The notes beneath the pieces are model-generated. The model worked only from the letters and a program-made list of their open reading frames with translations, was not told the DNA's origin and searched no databases. 49,817 bases of DNA from a virus: the IMG/VR virus record IMGVR_UViG_3300005340_000010. One strand, 5' to 3'. Position 1 is the stretch's first letter; each line of letters begins with the position of its first letter. Shown here piece after piece: positions 32,249-40,031 of this stretch. The position numbers were made by a program, and so were the translations under genes.

Positions 32249-33801
32249 TGCCCACCCCCACTACAAACCGCCCGCGCCACCCACAACTCAGCAAACGGCA
32301 CATCACGTATCGTCCTGTGCTCGCCGCCCGTCAGCTTCGTTTCGATCATCTTGTACCAGTCGGCGGAGTGGCTGGCGTCGGCGCGGAAGGGGCCGACGAC
32401 GATGCACGGAACAACTTCTGAGGTTGCGGGCCGGGCTTGAGTACCGGCTCCCTTCGCACTACCAGCCATCAGTCGCGGAGGCCCTGATAGCGTTGCGGTC
32501 ATGCTCGCGAGGCGAACATCGGAAGGGGCTGCTCCGTCCCGCGTTTCCTTCAACGCCGTCGCAACCTCAGAAGACTTTTCAACCATTTCAAACGACGGCT
32601 CTACGATCGAGAAATCCAGACTCTTGCTATCCGTCACGCTCGCCCACGCATAGAACCTCGGGCATCCCGACTCACACCCCACCGTGCGTGCCGCCAGCTC
32701 ATTCGGCATCACTGCGGTCTGCTGCACCTCGACCCACGCGCTCTGTATCGCCGCAGTTCGGTTGAGCCGGTTCGCCGCGAACGCATCGGCTCCGAACATC
32801 TCCTCGGCGCTCCGCTTGACCGATTCAAACGGCCCGAGCGTTTCGGTCCAGCGCCGACCGCGCTCGACACCCGACCCGTCATGCAGGATGGCCGTCAGTA
32901 CGGTCGTGGAGTAGACGGACGCGTTGTTGAGGCCGATCTGCGTAGTGAAATGGCCCTCGTTGCGAATGCCGACGATCTGCACGCGGTTCATTCCAGCGGC
33001 GCCGTCAAGTCCTGGTAGCGCGTACCACGGAATGGCGGTCATCGAATCGCCGTGCGTGCCACCTGTCGCACTCACCGAGTAGATGCGCACCGACGCGCTG
33101 ATCTTCCGAATCGCAGCGGGGTTGAAGTTCTGGAGCACATGCGGGTTAATCGGATCGCTAGTCTGGTCGATGGCATCGCCACACGGGATGAACTCTTTGC
33201 ATGCATTGATGACGAGCTGCCCCTGCCCGCTGATACCGATCTCGCCGACTTCCACCGTGAGCGACTGCCTCGGATTGAGGTAGCGCACGTCCACCCGCTG
33301 TTGCAGCAATGGCGCATTCGGATCGGCGTCGTGCGAGTTCGCTGACCGGAAGGTGTAGCTGATGCTCACGCGGTCGGCGGTCAGGTTGGTCAGCGTCAGG
33401 TCGGTTAAGTAGGGCGCAGAGTGGACGACGTAGGGGATGTGGAGCTGTTCGGAGGGGTATTGAGCGAGAATCTGAGGCGCCAAAATGAGGCAGAGAAATA
33501 ATACGGCGAAGATGCTGCCCGCGAATTTGTCCCGCATTGCTTTCCAGTCTGCCACGTACTTTTCCGCGCCGCGCTCCTCCGGCCATCCAGTGATGAAATC
33601 GGTGCGGCATGTCGGGCACGTTCCAAGATCGTGATGAAAGCATTGGCAGCAAACGCGGCGGCGGCATTCTTGGCAACGATGACCGCGATAGTTCTGCTCC
33701 TCGCCGCACCGATCACACCACCAACGTTTCGGCGCGCGCATGTAGCGGGCCAGCACGCCACCGTTGCGATCGCACTTCCAGCGCTCGTTGGTGTAACTCA
33801 T
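32245..33801 (-). CDS. Membrane-anchored protein, 518 aa: N-terminal RING/treble-clef-like double zinc finger, one TM helix, large extracytoplasmic domain
   Basis: GGAGGcccgATG at 33801. CDRCG-x10-CQEC-x4-CCQC-x7-CPTC, TM segment SIFAVLFLCLILAPQILA, then a ~400-aa beta-rich domain (IPYVVHSAPYLTDLTLTNL...). Confidence 0.65.
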   Translation of the reverse strand: MSYTNERWKCDRNGGVLARYMRAPKRWWCDRCGEEQNYRGHRCQECRRRVCCQCFHHDLGTCPTCRTDFITGWPEERGAEKYVADWKAMRDKFAGSIFAVLFLCLILAPQILAQYPSEQLHIPYVVHSAPYLTDLTLTNLTADRVSISYTFRSANSHDADPNAPLLQQRVDVRYLNPRQSLTVEVGEIGISGQGQLVINACKEFIPCGDAIDQTSDPINPHVLQNFNPAAIRKISASVRIYSVSATGGTHGDSMTAIPWYALPGLDGAAGMNRVQIVGIRNEGHFTTQIGLNNASVYSTTVLTAILHDGSGVERGRRWTETLGPFESVKRSAEEMFGADAFAANRLNRTAAIQSAWVEVQQTAVMPNELAARTVGCESGCPRFYAWASVTDSKSLDFSIVEPSFEMVEKSSEVATALKETRDGAAPSDVRLASMTATLSGPPRLMAGSAKGAGTQARPATSEVVPCIVVGPFRADASHSADWYKMIETKLTGGEHRTIRDVPFAELWVARAVCSGGGQ

Positions 33802-33844
33802 CGGGCCTCCAAATGCGCGGCGGGTTCGGCGATGCGGCGGGAGG

Positions 33845-34132
33845 TCATGCGATCTCCTCGGCCCATCTCGCGGCGGCTTCGTCCACTCGATCTGCAAGCG
33901 CCGATAGGCCACGTTGCCTGCGAAGAAGTAGGGCGGCATTGCGCAGGGTTTGAATGTTGCGCATCGCCCACTTCCTATCGAAATGCTTGCGCGACTTATC
34001 AGAACGCGACTTCTTCGCGCCGGGATGATGGACGCCGCACTTGCCATCTTTCGTTGCGCGACGCGAGCATTGGTGACCGGTAACATCTAACGGGTCACTG
34101 TCATAGACTCGCTCGCTGCATTGCTCTTTCAT
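33845..34132 (-). CDS. Basic small protein with an N-terminal Cys/His cluster, 95 aa
   Basis: C...HQC...DGKCGVHH, then a basic helical tail. ATGA overlap with the upstream ORF. Confidence 0.55.
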   Translation of the reverse strand: MKEQCSERVYDSDPLDVTGHQCSRRATKDGKCGVHHPGAKKSRSDKSRKHFDRKWAMRNIQTLRNAALLLRRQRGLSALADRVDEAAARWAEEIA

Positions 34133-34251
34133 GATCTCCTCCGCGCAGCAACAAACGTCACGATCGCCAACATCAGCAACACCGCACCGATGGTGAACGG
34201 ATCAAACCGCACGGCGATGTTGCGCTGTTCGAACCAATCGGGGCGGGTCAT
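34129..34251 (-). CDS. Small single-TM membrane protein, 40 aa
   Basis: ATGA overlaps at both ends. TM segment FTIGAVLLMLAIVTFVAA. Below the ORF-track cut-off. Confidence 0.45.
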   Translation of the reverse strand: MTRPDWFEQRNIAVRFDPFTIGAVLLMLAIVTFVAARRRS

Positions 34252-34400
34252 TGAGGCTCCATTCGTGCGCCAATCGGAACGTCAACTGCCAAGCGCCAGA
34301 GTATCCTAGCGGCATCCCTGCGCGCCTCCAACCCGAATTGCTGATCCACGATAACGTGATCGTGCGCATGCACTAGAAACCAAAACACGCTGATGTCCAT
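34248..34400 (-). CDS. First gene of the early-left operon, 50 aa (leaderless start)
   Basis: ATG 34400 lies 7 nt after a -10 element. The tracked GTG 34442 start would lie upstream of the promoter. Confidence 0.45.
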   Translation of the reverse strand: MDISVFWFLVHAHDHVIVDQQFGLEARRDAARILWRLAVDVPIGARMEPQ

Positions 34401-34406
34401 CACCCC

Positions 34407-34435
34407 AACTTGGGTCCCGACTGGAGCAAAGTCAA
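34407..34435 (-). promoter_or_regulatory. Sigma70-like promoter TTGACT-17-CAAGTT, 6 nt before ATG 34400
   Basis: The minus strand reads gccacTTGACTttgctccagtcgggaccCAAGTTggggtgATG. Confidence 0.5.
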
Positions 34436-34444
34436 GTGGCACTC

Positions 34445-34466
34445 AAAGAAAAAGGCCGACCTTTCG
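34445..34466 (-). terminator. Weak hairpin plus T-rich tract (GAAAGG-tcgg-CCTTTT-TCTTTGA), possible attenuator after the mini-ORF
   Basis: 5-6 bp stem followed by a T-rich run on the minus strand. It lies between the upstream promoter/mini-ORF and the 34435 promoter. Low predicted stability. Confidence 0.2.
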
Positions 34467-34507
34467 ATCAGCCTTCCAGTAATCCAAACTTCGTGGCGAT
34501 GATTCGA

Positions 34508-34546
34508 CTACTCCGGGGGATCTTCGGGACCGTAACCGTTCTTCAT
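34508..34546 (-). CDS. 12-codon mini-ORF (MKNGYGPEDPPE) with a strong SD
   Basis: AAGGAGGGcgaccATG. Located 40 nt downstream of promoter 34615->34587. Possibly a leader peptide, or not translated. Confidence 0.25.
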   Translation of the reverse strand: MKNGYGPEDPPE

Positions 34547-34586
34547 GGTCGCCCTCCTTTTCGGTTCGTTCGGGTGTTGCGGGATC

Positions 34587-34615
34587 AATCTGCGTTCGCG
34601 TCGGCGCGTTGTCAA
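34587..34615 (-). promoter_or_regulatory. Sigma70-like promoter TTGACA-17-CAGATT (leftward)
   Basis: The minus strand reads ggcTTGACAacgcgccgacgcgaacgCAGATTgatcc. It sits back-to-back with the rightward promoter, 40 bp away. Confidence 0.5.
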
Positions 34616-34655
34616 GCCGTCCGCAACATTTTCTTTCGATCGGCGCGCGGACCCC

Positions 34656-34684
34656 TTGACAAACTGAAGTGGCGAACCGAAGTT
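34656..34684 (+). promoter_or_regulatory. Sigma70-like promoter TTGACA-17-GAAGTT (rightward), 7 nt before ATG 34692
   Basis: ccccTTGACAaactgaagtggcgaaccGAAGTTgagggatATG. A second in-frame ATG at 34704 has GGAGG. Confidence 0.5.
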
Positions 34685-34691
34685 GAGGGAT

Positions 34692-34985
34692 ATGGAGGCA
34701 ACAATGCAGACCACGACCACGACACCCGAGCCGTTCATTCCGGAAGGGCTTCGCAAAGCAACGCGAATGGCTGGGCGCGCAGCACGCAATCGAGCAGCCG
34801 TGTTTGGGCGTGCGGCGTGCCCTTGTCGCAGAATACGGCTATCACGCACGGCAGTGCGGGCACGCGAATGTGATGCCGAAACCTTGACTATCGGTGCGCG
34901 ATGTGCCGATGGTCGCGAGCGTACCGCTCGTTTCCGTTGGTCCGGTGCTACTGGTACTGGTCGCGGCCTGAAGGTCTCGTCGTGA
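34692..34985 (+). CDS. Arg-rich basic protein, 97 aa, first gene of the early-right operon (start 34692 or 34704)
   Basis: It has both promoter-proximal and SD-supported starts. The Arg/Ala-rich composition leaves its coding status uncertain. Confidence 0.4.
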   Translation: MEATMQTTTTTPEPFIPEGLRKATRMAGRAARNRAAVFGRAACPCRRIRLSRTAVRARECDAETLTIGARCADGRERTARFRWSGATGTGRGLKVSS

Positions 34986-34995
34986 CCGCAACGGA

Positions 34996-35250
34996 ATGGC
35001 GTTCCAGCGAGCTCGCATGACCGCCGACACCCCCGAATCCCGCCTCCTTCGCGCAATCGCTGGCGAGCCGCAACCCTGCGGCCACATCGAGCGTTTCGTG
35101 GAGCACGTTGCAGCCCATCCCGAAGTCGTCATTTCGACCGGCGAGGATGAGGGTACGGCTCCGGCGGTTGAGTGCCAGCTTTGCGAGGTGGTTATTCCGT
35201 GGCGGACGTTTTTGAAGCTGGTTGTTACGGAATTGCAGGAGAGGAGCTGA
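34996..35250 (+). CDS. Hypothetical protein, 84 aa
   Basis: ORF with ordinary composition and an ATGA overlap with the next gene. Confidence 0.55.
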   Translation: MAFQRARMTADTPESRLLRAIAGEPQPCGHIERFVEHVAAHPEVVISTGEDEGTAPAVECQLCEVVIPWRTFLKLVVTELQERS

Positions 35251-35684
35251 TGGTCACATTTCCCGAAGGTACAACGCCGCTTCAGGAGCTTCATTCGCAC
35301 CTCAACGGGTACTGCGGCGAGCATGAGGATTTGAATGCGTGCCTCCGGCGCGTTCGTGAACTGGTCGAAGAGTTGATGCCGCTGGAGGCGAAGCAGGAGC
35401 CTCCGAAGATGCCGAGCGATCAGCACTTTACCTACGCGGCACACGTCCTCGCTCCAGTGTTTCGCGAGAACGGGTGGAAATGGGCGATGCCGAGCGGCGA
35501 ACTCCGCGTACCGACCGCAGCGGAGATTACAAAAACGCTTTGCATGTTGGCGGGAATGGTTCACGAGAACGGCGAACGCGCCGGAACCGGAAGGCTTGTG
35601 GCATTCGAACACCGATGGACCGACGCGGACGCTGATGTGCGCCTCGGCCTGGAAATCATGCCGCCAAGCGCGGCGTCGGATTGA
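35250..35684 (+). CDS. Hypothetical protein, 144 aa
   Basis: GAGGAGctgATG, overlapping the upstream stop. Confidence 0.6.
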   Translation: MVTFPEGTTPLQELHSHLNGYCGEHEDLNACLRRVRELVEELMPLEAKQEPPKMPSDQHFTYAAHVLAPVFRENGWKWAMPSGELRVPTAAEITKTLCMLAGMVHENGERAGTGRLVAFEHRWTDADADVRLGLEIMPPSAASD

Positions 35685-35860
35685 AGGGGGAGTAGATGGA
35701 TTCGAAGGTTTCGTGATCGGCTGCAACTCCAGTGCGGACGAGGGGTCGCCGCTAGTGATCTGTGGGATGTGAGAAGCGAGTTGTCCGCCACACAGCGCGC
35801 CGAAGTGAACACAGGAACGACTCGGCAGCCGGTCACGAAGTTTTCGAAAAGGAGAAACGC

Positions 35861-36046
35861 ATGAGCAGAAAATCTTTGGAACAGACAATCGCAACAACCT
35901 TCCTATCCGGCGCCGGACTGAAGGTCGCACAACGAGTCGCCGAGGAGATGCTGACGACGGCGATGGCAGAGAAGGATATGGATGCCGTCGAACAGCTCAG
36001 CAAGGTTCGGGGCGATCTGCGGAAGTTGGCGGGAGGTGGCAAGTGA
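35861..36046 (+). CDS. Hypothetical protein, 61 aa
   Basis: AAAGGAGaaacgcATG after a 176-bp gap. Confidence 0.55.
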   Translation: MSRKSLEQTIATTFLSGAGLKVAQRVAEEMLTTAMAEKDMDAVEQLSKVRGDLRKLAGGGK

Positions 36047-36483
36047 GCGCGCGGAAGGGTGAAGCCCTGAAGCCGCTAAGGGAGCGTTCCATCAATCGGC
36101 GTGACTCGCAGCCCGAGATCGGCGAAGGGATCGGCGTCAACTGCGTCGGCCCGGGCAATCACCACGACGACTGCTCGGTAGCGGGAGCGCCGCAACCCCG
36201 TAACGACCAAGAAATGAAAGGCAGCCCCGTCGTTGTCACTATAACCTTGACACCGCGCGCGGCGGAGTTTTTCGGCGCATTGGTCTGCAAGATCGGCGGC
36301 TCCCATTCTGGCCCTCGCGGTGAGATTGTCGAATCGTTCCGTCAGCAACTGATTGCGCAAGGCATCGAGTCTGCGAATGGTAGCGTGACGCCTCGTGAGT
36401 GGCGCGAATACTGGCTGGAAGAAAAGGTGCCCACGCTCGGCTCACTGCTGGCCAACCAGTGGCCGCGCTGGAGTCGCAAGTGA
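36043..36483 (+). CDS. Hypothetical protein, 146 aa
   Basis: GTG start overlapping the upstream stop (GTGA). Confidence 0.55.
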   Translation: MSARKGEALKPLRERSINRRDSQPEIGEGIGVNCVGPGNHHDDCSVAGAPQPRNDQEMKGSPVVVTITLTPRAAEFFGALVCKIGGSHSGPRGEIVESFRQQLIAQGIESANGSVTPREWREYWLEEKVPTLGSLLANQWPRWSRK

Positions 36484-37433
36484 CCGACACGCTCGCCCCC
36501 GGCCTTCATCGCGATGTGCCGATGGATCTCTATTTGTCGGACGAATTAACCCCCCAACCGGCCCTCAGTGCTTCCGGTATTCGCACGCTGATCGAAGCAA
36601 CCCCGCTCACCTTTGCGGCGCGGAATCCGCGATTGTGGCGGGAGTTGAATCTGTGGCCCGGAGAGTTCAAGCGGAAGGAATCGAAGCAGACCAAGATGGG
36701 AACGGCCATCCATTCGATTCTGCTCGGCGCCGGTCAAGCCATCTGCGTTTTCCGGCCCGAGGATTTCAAGACAAAGAGCGGCAAGCCGGGGAGAAATCTC
36801 GGGACGGACGAGGCGAAGGCGGCAATCGCGGCGGCAATCGAAGATGGCCTACTACCGCTCAGCGAAGCGGAGAACATCATCGCGACAAGCGCCGCCGCCT
36901 TCGCCGAAAAGAAGATTCTCGCGAATCCCATCTACGGCGAAGCATGGGAGCGCGGAGAGTCCGAAGTTACCCTCGTGTGGCAGCGCGAGACATCGAGCGG
37001 GCCAATCTGGTGCCGGGCGCGGCCTGACCGCTTCGACATCGCGACCGGAACCGCGTTCGATCCAAAGACGACAGCGAAGGCGATCGACGCTCCGGCGCTC
37101 GCGCGAAAGTTCGCCGGCGAGGGAGCTGACTATCAGGCCGCATGGATATGTGACGGCATCGAGACCATCTTTCCGGCCCTTCGCGGTCGCTCACGCTTCG
37201 TTCCGATTGCCGTCGAGGTTGAGCCTCCGTACGACTCCCGATTCGTCCGCTTTCCGACTTCCACATTACAGCTCATTGGTCAACAGATTGACCTTGCCTG
37301 CGAGCTGTTCGCGAAGTGCATCTACTCGGGAGTTTGGCTCGGGTGGGATGACTCGGAAGGGGAGACGGTGCTCCCCGAGGTTGCGTGGCGTGAGCGGTCC
37401 ATCATCGAAGCATTGGAGGCTGAAGAGTCATGA
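36480..37433 (+). CDS. PD-(D/E)xK exonuclease, RecE/DUF3799-like, 317 aa
   Basis: GTG 36480 overlaps the upstream stop. N-terminal GLHRDVPMDLYLSDE...ALSASGIRTL, core RARPDRFDI...FDPKTT (D...D-x-K) and a YQAAW motif fit DUF3799-type recombination exonucleases. Confidence 0.7.
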   Translation: MTDTLAPGLHRDVPMDLYLSDELTPQPALSASGIRTLIEATPLTFAARNPRLWRELNLWPGEFKRKESKQTKMGTAIHSILLGAGQAICVFRPEDFKTKSGKPGRNLGTDEAKAAIAAAIEDGLLPLSEAENIIATSAAAFAEKKILANPIYGEAWERGESEVTLVWQRETSSGPIWCRARPDRFDIATGTAFDPKTTAKAIDAPALARKFAGEGADYQAAWICDGIETIFPALRGRSRFVPIAVEVEPPYDSRFVRFPTSTLQLIGQQIDLACELFAKCIYSGVWLGWDDSEGETVLPEVAWRERSIIEALEAEES

Positions 37434-37645
37434 ACGAAAAAGAACGTAATCTCGCATTCTGGACAATTCGCGGAAGCATCCTGAACGCGATCACGGGGAC
37501 CGATGTTCAGGTGCTCGTTGAATATGGCCGCGAGAAAGAAATCGCTAACGCCATCATCGAGGGCATTATTGAGGACAGCGGCGCGCGCGAGGAGATGCTG
37601 CGGCTCCTGAATGAGGAGAAAGCGCTACAGGTCGAATCGCTATGA
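37430..37645 (+). CDS. Hypothetical protein, 71 aa
   Basis: Coupled ORF between the exonuclease and ATPase genes. Confidence 0.55.
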   Translation: MNEKERNLAFWTIRGSILNAITGTDVQVLVEYGREKEIANAIIEGIIEDSGAREEMLRLLNEEKALQVESL

Positions 37646-38916
37646 AAGTTCCCGAGCGAACCTTCGAAACCGTGAAAGCCGAACCGGGTACGCGCCCGCT
37701 GTGGATCGGACTGATGGGGCCAAGCGGCGGCGGAAAGACGTTCTCTGCGCTCCGGCTCGCGGTCGGAATTCAGTCGGTCATCGGCGGGCAAATTGAGATC
37801 ATCGACACCGAGAGCGGACGCGGCAAACACTACGCGGAGATGTTCGACTATCAATACACTGCGTTTCCTCCGCCGCACGGATCACTCGACTATCAGGCGG
37901 CAATTGACCATGCCGTGAAGGTCAATAAATCCTCCATCATCATCATCGACTCAGCATCACATGAACATGAAGGGGATGGCGGAATGATCGAGTCTCACGA
38001 AAGGGAACTCGACCGGATGGCTGGCGACGACTGGAAGAAGCGCGACGCTGTCGCGATGCTCGCGTGGACGAAACCAAAAGCGGCGCGCAAGCAACTGTTG
38101 CGGTCCATGCTGGCGCACGGAACTTCGGTCGTATTCATCCTCTGTTTCCGCGCCGACGAATCTTCGAAGCCGGTCAAGAAAGGCGGGAAAACCGAGGTCA
38201 TTCAGATGGGCTTCATGCCGATCGCAGGCAAGGGCTTCGTCTACGAGTGCACGGTCTGCGCGCTTCTGATGCCCGGAGCAAACGGCGTCCCGACGTGGAA
38301 CCCGGAAAACGTCGGGGAGAAGATGATGAAGAAGCTCCCCGAGCAATTCAAAGAGATGTTCGCCGAGTCGGAGGGTAAGCCGATGAGCGAGGAGCACGGA
38401 GTCGCGCTGGCGAAATGGTCACTCGGCGGATCGAAAGCCGCGCCGGTCGCCAAACAGGCCGAGAAACCGCCCCAAACGCTCGCTGAGCGCGCCAAAGCCG
38501 CAGAAGGCTTCCTGATGCGTGCCACGTCGTCTGAAGCGTTGGAGAAGCGCTGGAAGAACGCCAAGCCGCTTTGTGACGAGCTGCGTGACCCGGTCGCCCA
38601 GGTTGACCCGCATCTATACGCCGATCTGAAGAAGGTCTACGACGAATGCGCGGCGAAGTTCAGGCCGGGATTCGTGCCGCCAGAAGCGGGCGGCGAGCCT
38701 CCCGATGGCGCCATGTCCATCGAATACGCGAAGGATCTGGCGAACCGCGTGGAAACGCACCTGATGGCGGAAAACGACGGCAGCAAGTCGAAGGCCGAAC
38801 TGGCACTTTCGGAGTTGACGAGCGGGAAGGTGCAAACGTTCGCTGCCCTACCGCTGTACATTTTCGACCACAACGAAATCTCCGGCAAGTTGATCGCCGC
38901 GATGGAGGAAGGATGA
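37642..38916 (+). CDS. Sak4-like (AAA_24/RecA-fold) recombination ATPase with a ~190-aa C-terminal extension, 424 aa
   Basis: Walker A GPSGGGKT and Walker B IIIIDS. The N-terminal ~230 aa resembles phage Sak4-type ATPases, and the neighbouring gene is an exonuclease. Confidence 0.65.
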   Translation: MKVPERTFETVKAEPGTRPLWIGLMGPSGGGKTFSALRLAVGIQSVIGGQIEIIDTESGRGKHYAEMFDYQYTAFPPPHGSLDYQAAIDHAVKVNKSSIIIIDSASHEHEGDGGMIESHERELDRMAGDDWKKRDAVAMLAWTKPKAARKQLLRSMLAHGTSVVFILCFRADESSKPVKKGGKTEVIQMGFMPIAGKGFVYECTVCALLMPGANGVPTWNPENVGEKMMKKLPEQFKEMFAESEGKPMSEEHGVALAKWSLGGSKAAPVAKQAEKPPQTLAERAKAAEGFLMRATSSEALEKRWKNAKPLCDELRDPVAQVDPHLYADLKKVYDECAAKFRPGFVPPEAGGEPPDGAMSIEYAKDLANRVETHLMAENDGSKSKAELALSELTSGKVQTFAALPLYIFDHNEISGKLIAAMEEG

Positions 38917-39227
38917 AAACCGGAGCGGAACTTATCACCGAAGAACGGCAGCGCCAGATCGTCGAAGAGGAGTGGACCGCCGAGCATGACGACGAACACT
39001 CGCTCGGCGAGATGGCCGTCGCTGCCGCGTGCTACGCGTGGCCGCCTCCGCGCCCTGTTGATGTGAAAAAGGCATGGCCTTGGGACCGCAGATGGTGGAA
39101 GCCATCGCCGCTCCCGCTCGGCGCAACAGCGGGCGAAAAACTGGATGGACGAATCCGCGAACTCGTCAAGGCCGGAGCGCTCATTGCCGCAGAAATCGAC
39201 CGACTATCGCGGACGGTGAAGCCATGA
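38913..39227 (+). CDS. Conserved-looking phage protein, 104 aa
   Basis: ITEERQRQIVEEEWTAEHDDEHSLGEMAVAAACYA...GALIAAEIDRL is a pattern I recall from many phage genomes. The family name is not certain. Confidence 0.55.
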   Translation: MKTGAELITEERQRQIVEEEWTAEHDDEHSLGEMAVAAACYAWPPPRPVDVKKAWPWDRRWWKPSPLPLGATAGEKLDGRIRELVKAGALIAAEIDRLSRTVKP

Positions 39228-39403
39228 AGCCCTTCAGCGCATGGCTAGCGATGGACGGCTCTGAGCCTAACGGTGACGCTGTGTTTTCGAACGAGACTAC
39301 AGCGGAAAAATGGTCGGAGGACGGACACGAGCCCCAGCGCGTCCTCATCGTCGCCGACACGCCGGAGAATCGGAAGCTGCTTGGAATGGAGGAAGGATCG
39401 TGA
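39224..39403 (+). CDS. Hypothetical protein, 59 aa
   Basis: ATGA overlap upstream and a GTGA overlap downstream. Confidence 0.5.
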   Translation: MKPFSAWLAMDGSEPNGDAVFSNETTAEKWSEDGHEPQRVLIVADTPENRKLLGMEEGS

Positions 39404-39912
39404 GGTACTTTTTCGACACCGAGTTTATCGAGCGCGGTCCCGAGCATCCAATCCGGTTGCTGTCAATCGGCATTGTTTCGGAAGATGACCGCGAACTGTA
39501 TTGCGAGATCGTGAATGCGGACAATCTGATCGAGCAGGATTTCCGGCGCTTCGCCGATCCATGGCTGAAGATAAACGTCCAGCCGCATCTTCGCAGCGTC
39601 GGTATGCGGCTCGATGAAATCCGATCGCACATCCTCGCTTTCATCGGTGACGACAAGCCCGAGTTTTGGGCCTACTTCGCCGACTACGATTGGGTCGTGC
39701 TCTGCCAAATCTTCGGGCGCATGATCGACCTTCCTAAGGGCTGGCCGATGCACTGCCTTGACGTGAAGCAGGAGATGAAAACGCGCGGCGTGAAGCGCGA
39801 GCAACTGCCGGAGCAGGGCAACGCGGAACACTCGGCGCTGAACGATGCCCGCTGGACTCGCGACGCGTGGCAATTCGTAACGAAGCAAGTGGATGCCGGA
39901 GATTACCTGTGA
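39400..39912 (+). CDS. DEDDh 3'-5' exonuclease (Rv2179c-like), 170 aa
   Basis: YFFDTEFIE (ExoI), FADYDW (ExoII-like) and EHSALNDARW (ExoIII, H-x4-D). Confidence 0.7.
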   Translation: MRYFFDTEFIERGPEHPIRLLSIGIVSEDDRELYCEIVNADNLIEQDFRRFADPWLKINVQPHLRSVGMRLDEIRSHILAFIGDDKPEFWAYFADYDWVVLCQIFGRMIDLPKGWPMHCLDVKQEMKTRGVKREQLPEQGNAEHSALNDARWTRDAWQFVTKQVDAGDYL

Positions 39913-40028
39913 CCACCCTCGGAGCCTTCTTTCTCGGCGTCTTCATCGGTGCGTTCCTGATGACGGTCGCGTACGTTTCGCTCATGCTGTACATCGCCAA
40001 CAGGTCCGGCGCGAAGGTGGGGGAGTAG
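39909..40028 (+). CDS. Small single-TM membrane protein, 39 aa
   Basis: GTGA overlap with the upstream stop. Hydrophobic core LGAFFLGVFIGAFLMTVAYVSLMLYI. Confidence 0.4.
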   Translation: MTTLGAFFLGVFIGAFLMTVAYVSLMLYIANRSGAKVGE

Positions 40029-40031
40029 GAC

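Noticed and set aside
33802-34086. N-terminal extension of the 518-aa membrane protein (tracked ORF starts at 34086).
   Set aside because: The extension overlaps the well-formed gene 33845..34132 and is Arg/Ser-rich. ATG 33801 has a perfect GGAGG at optimal spacing.
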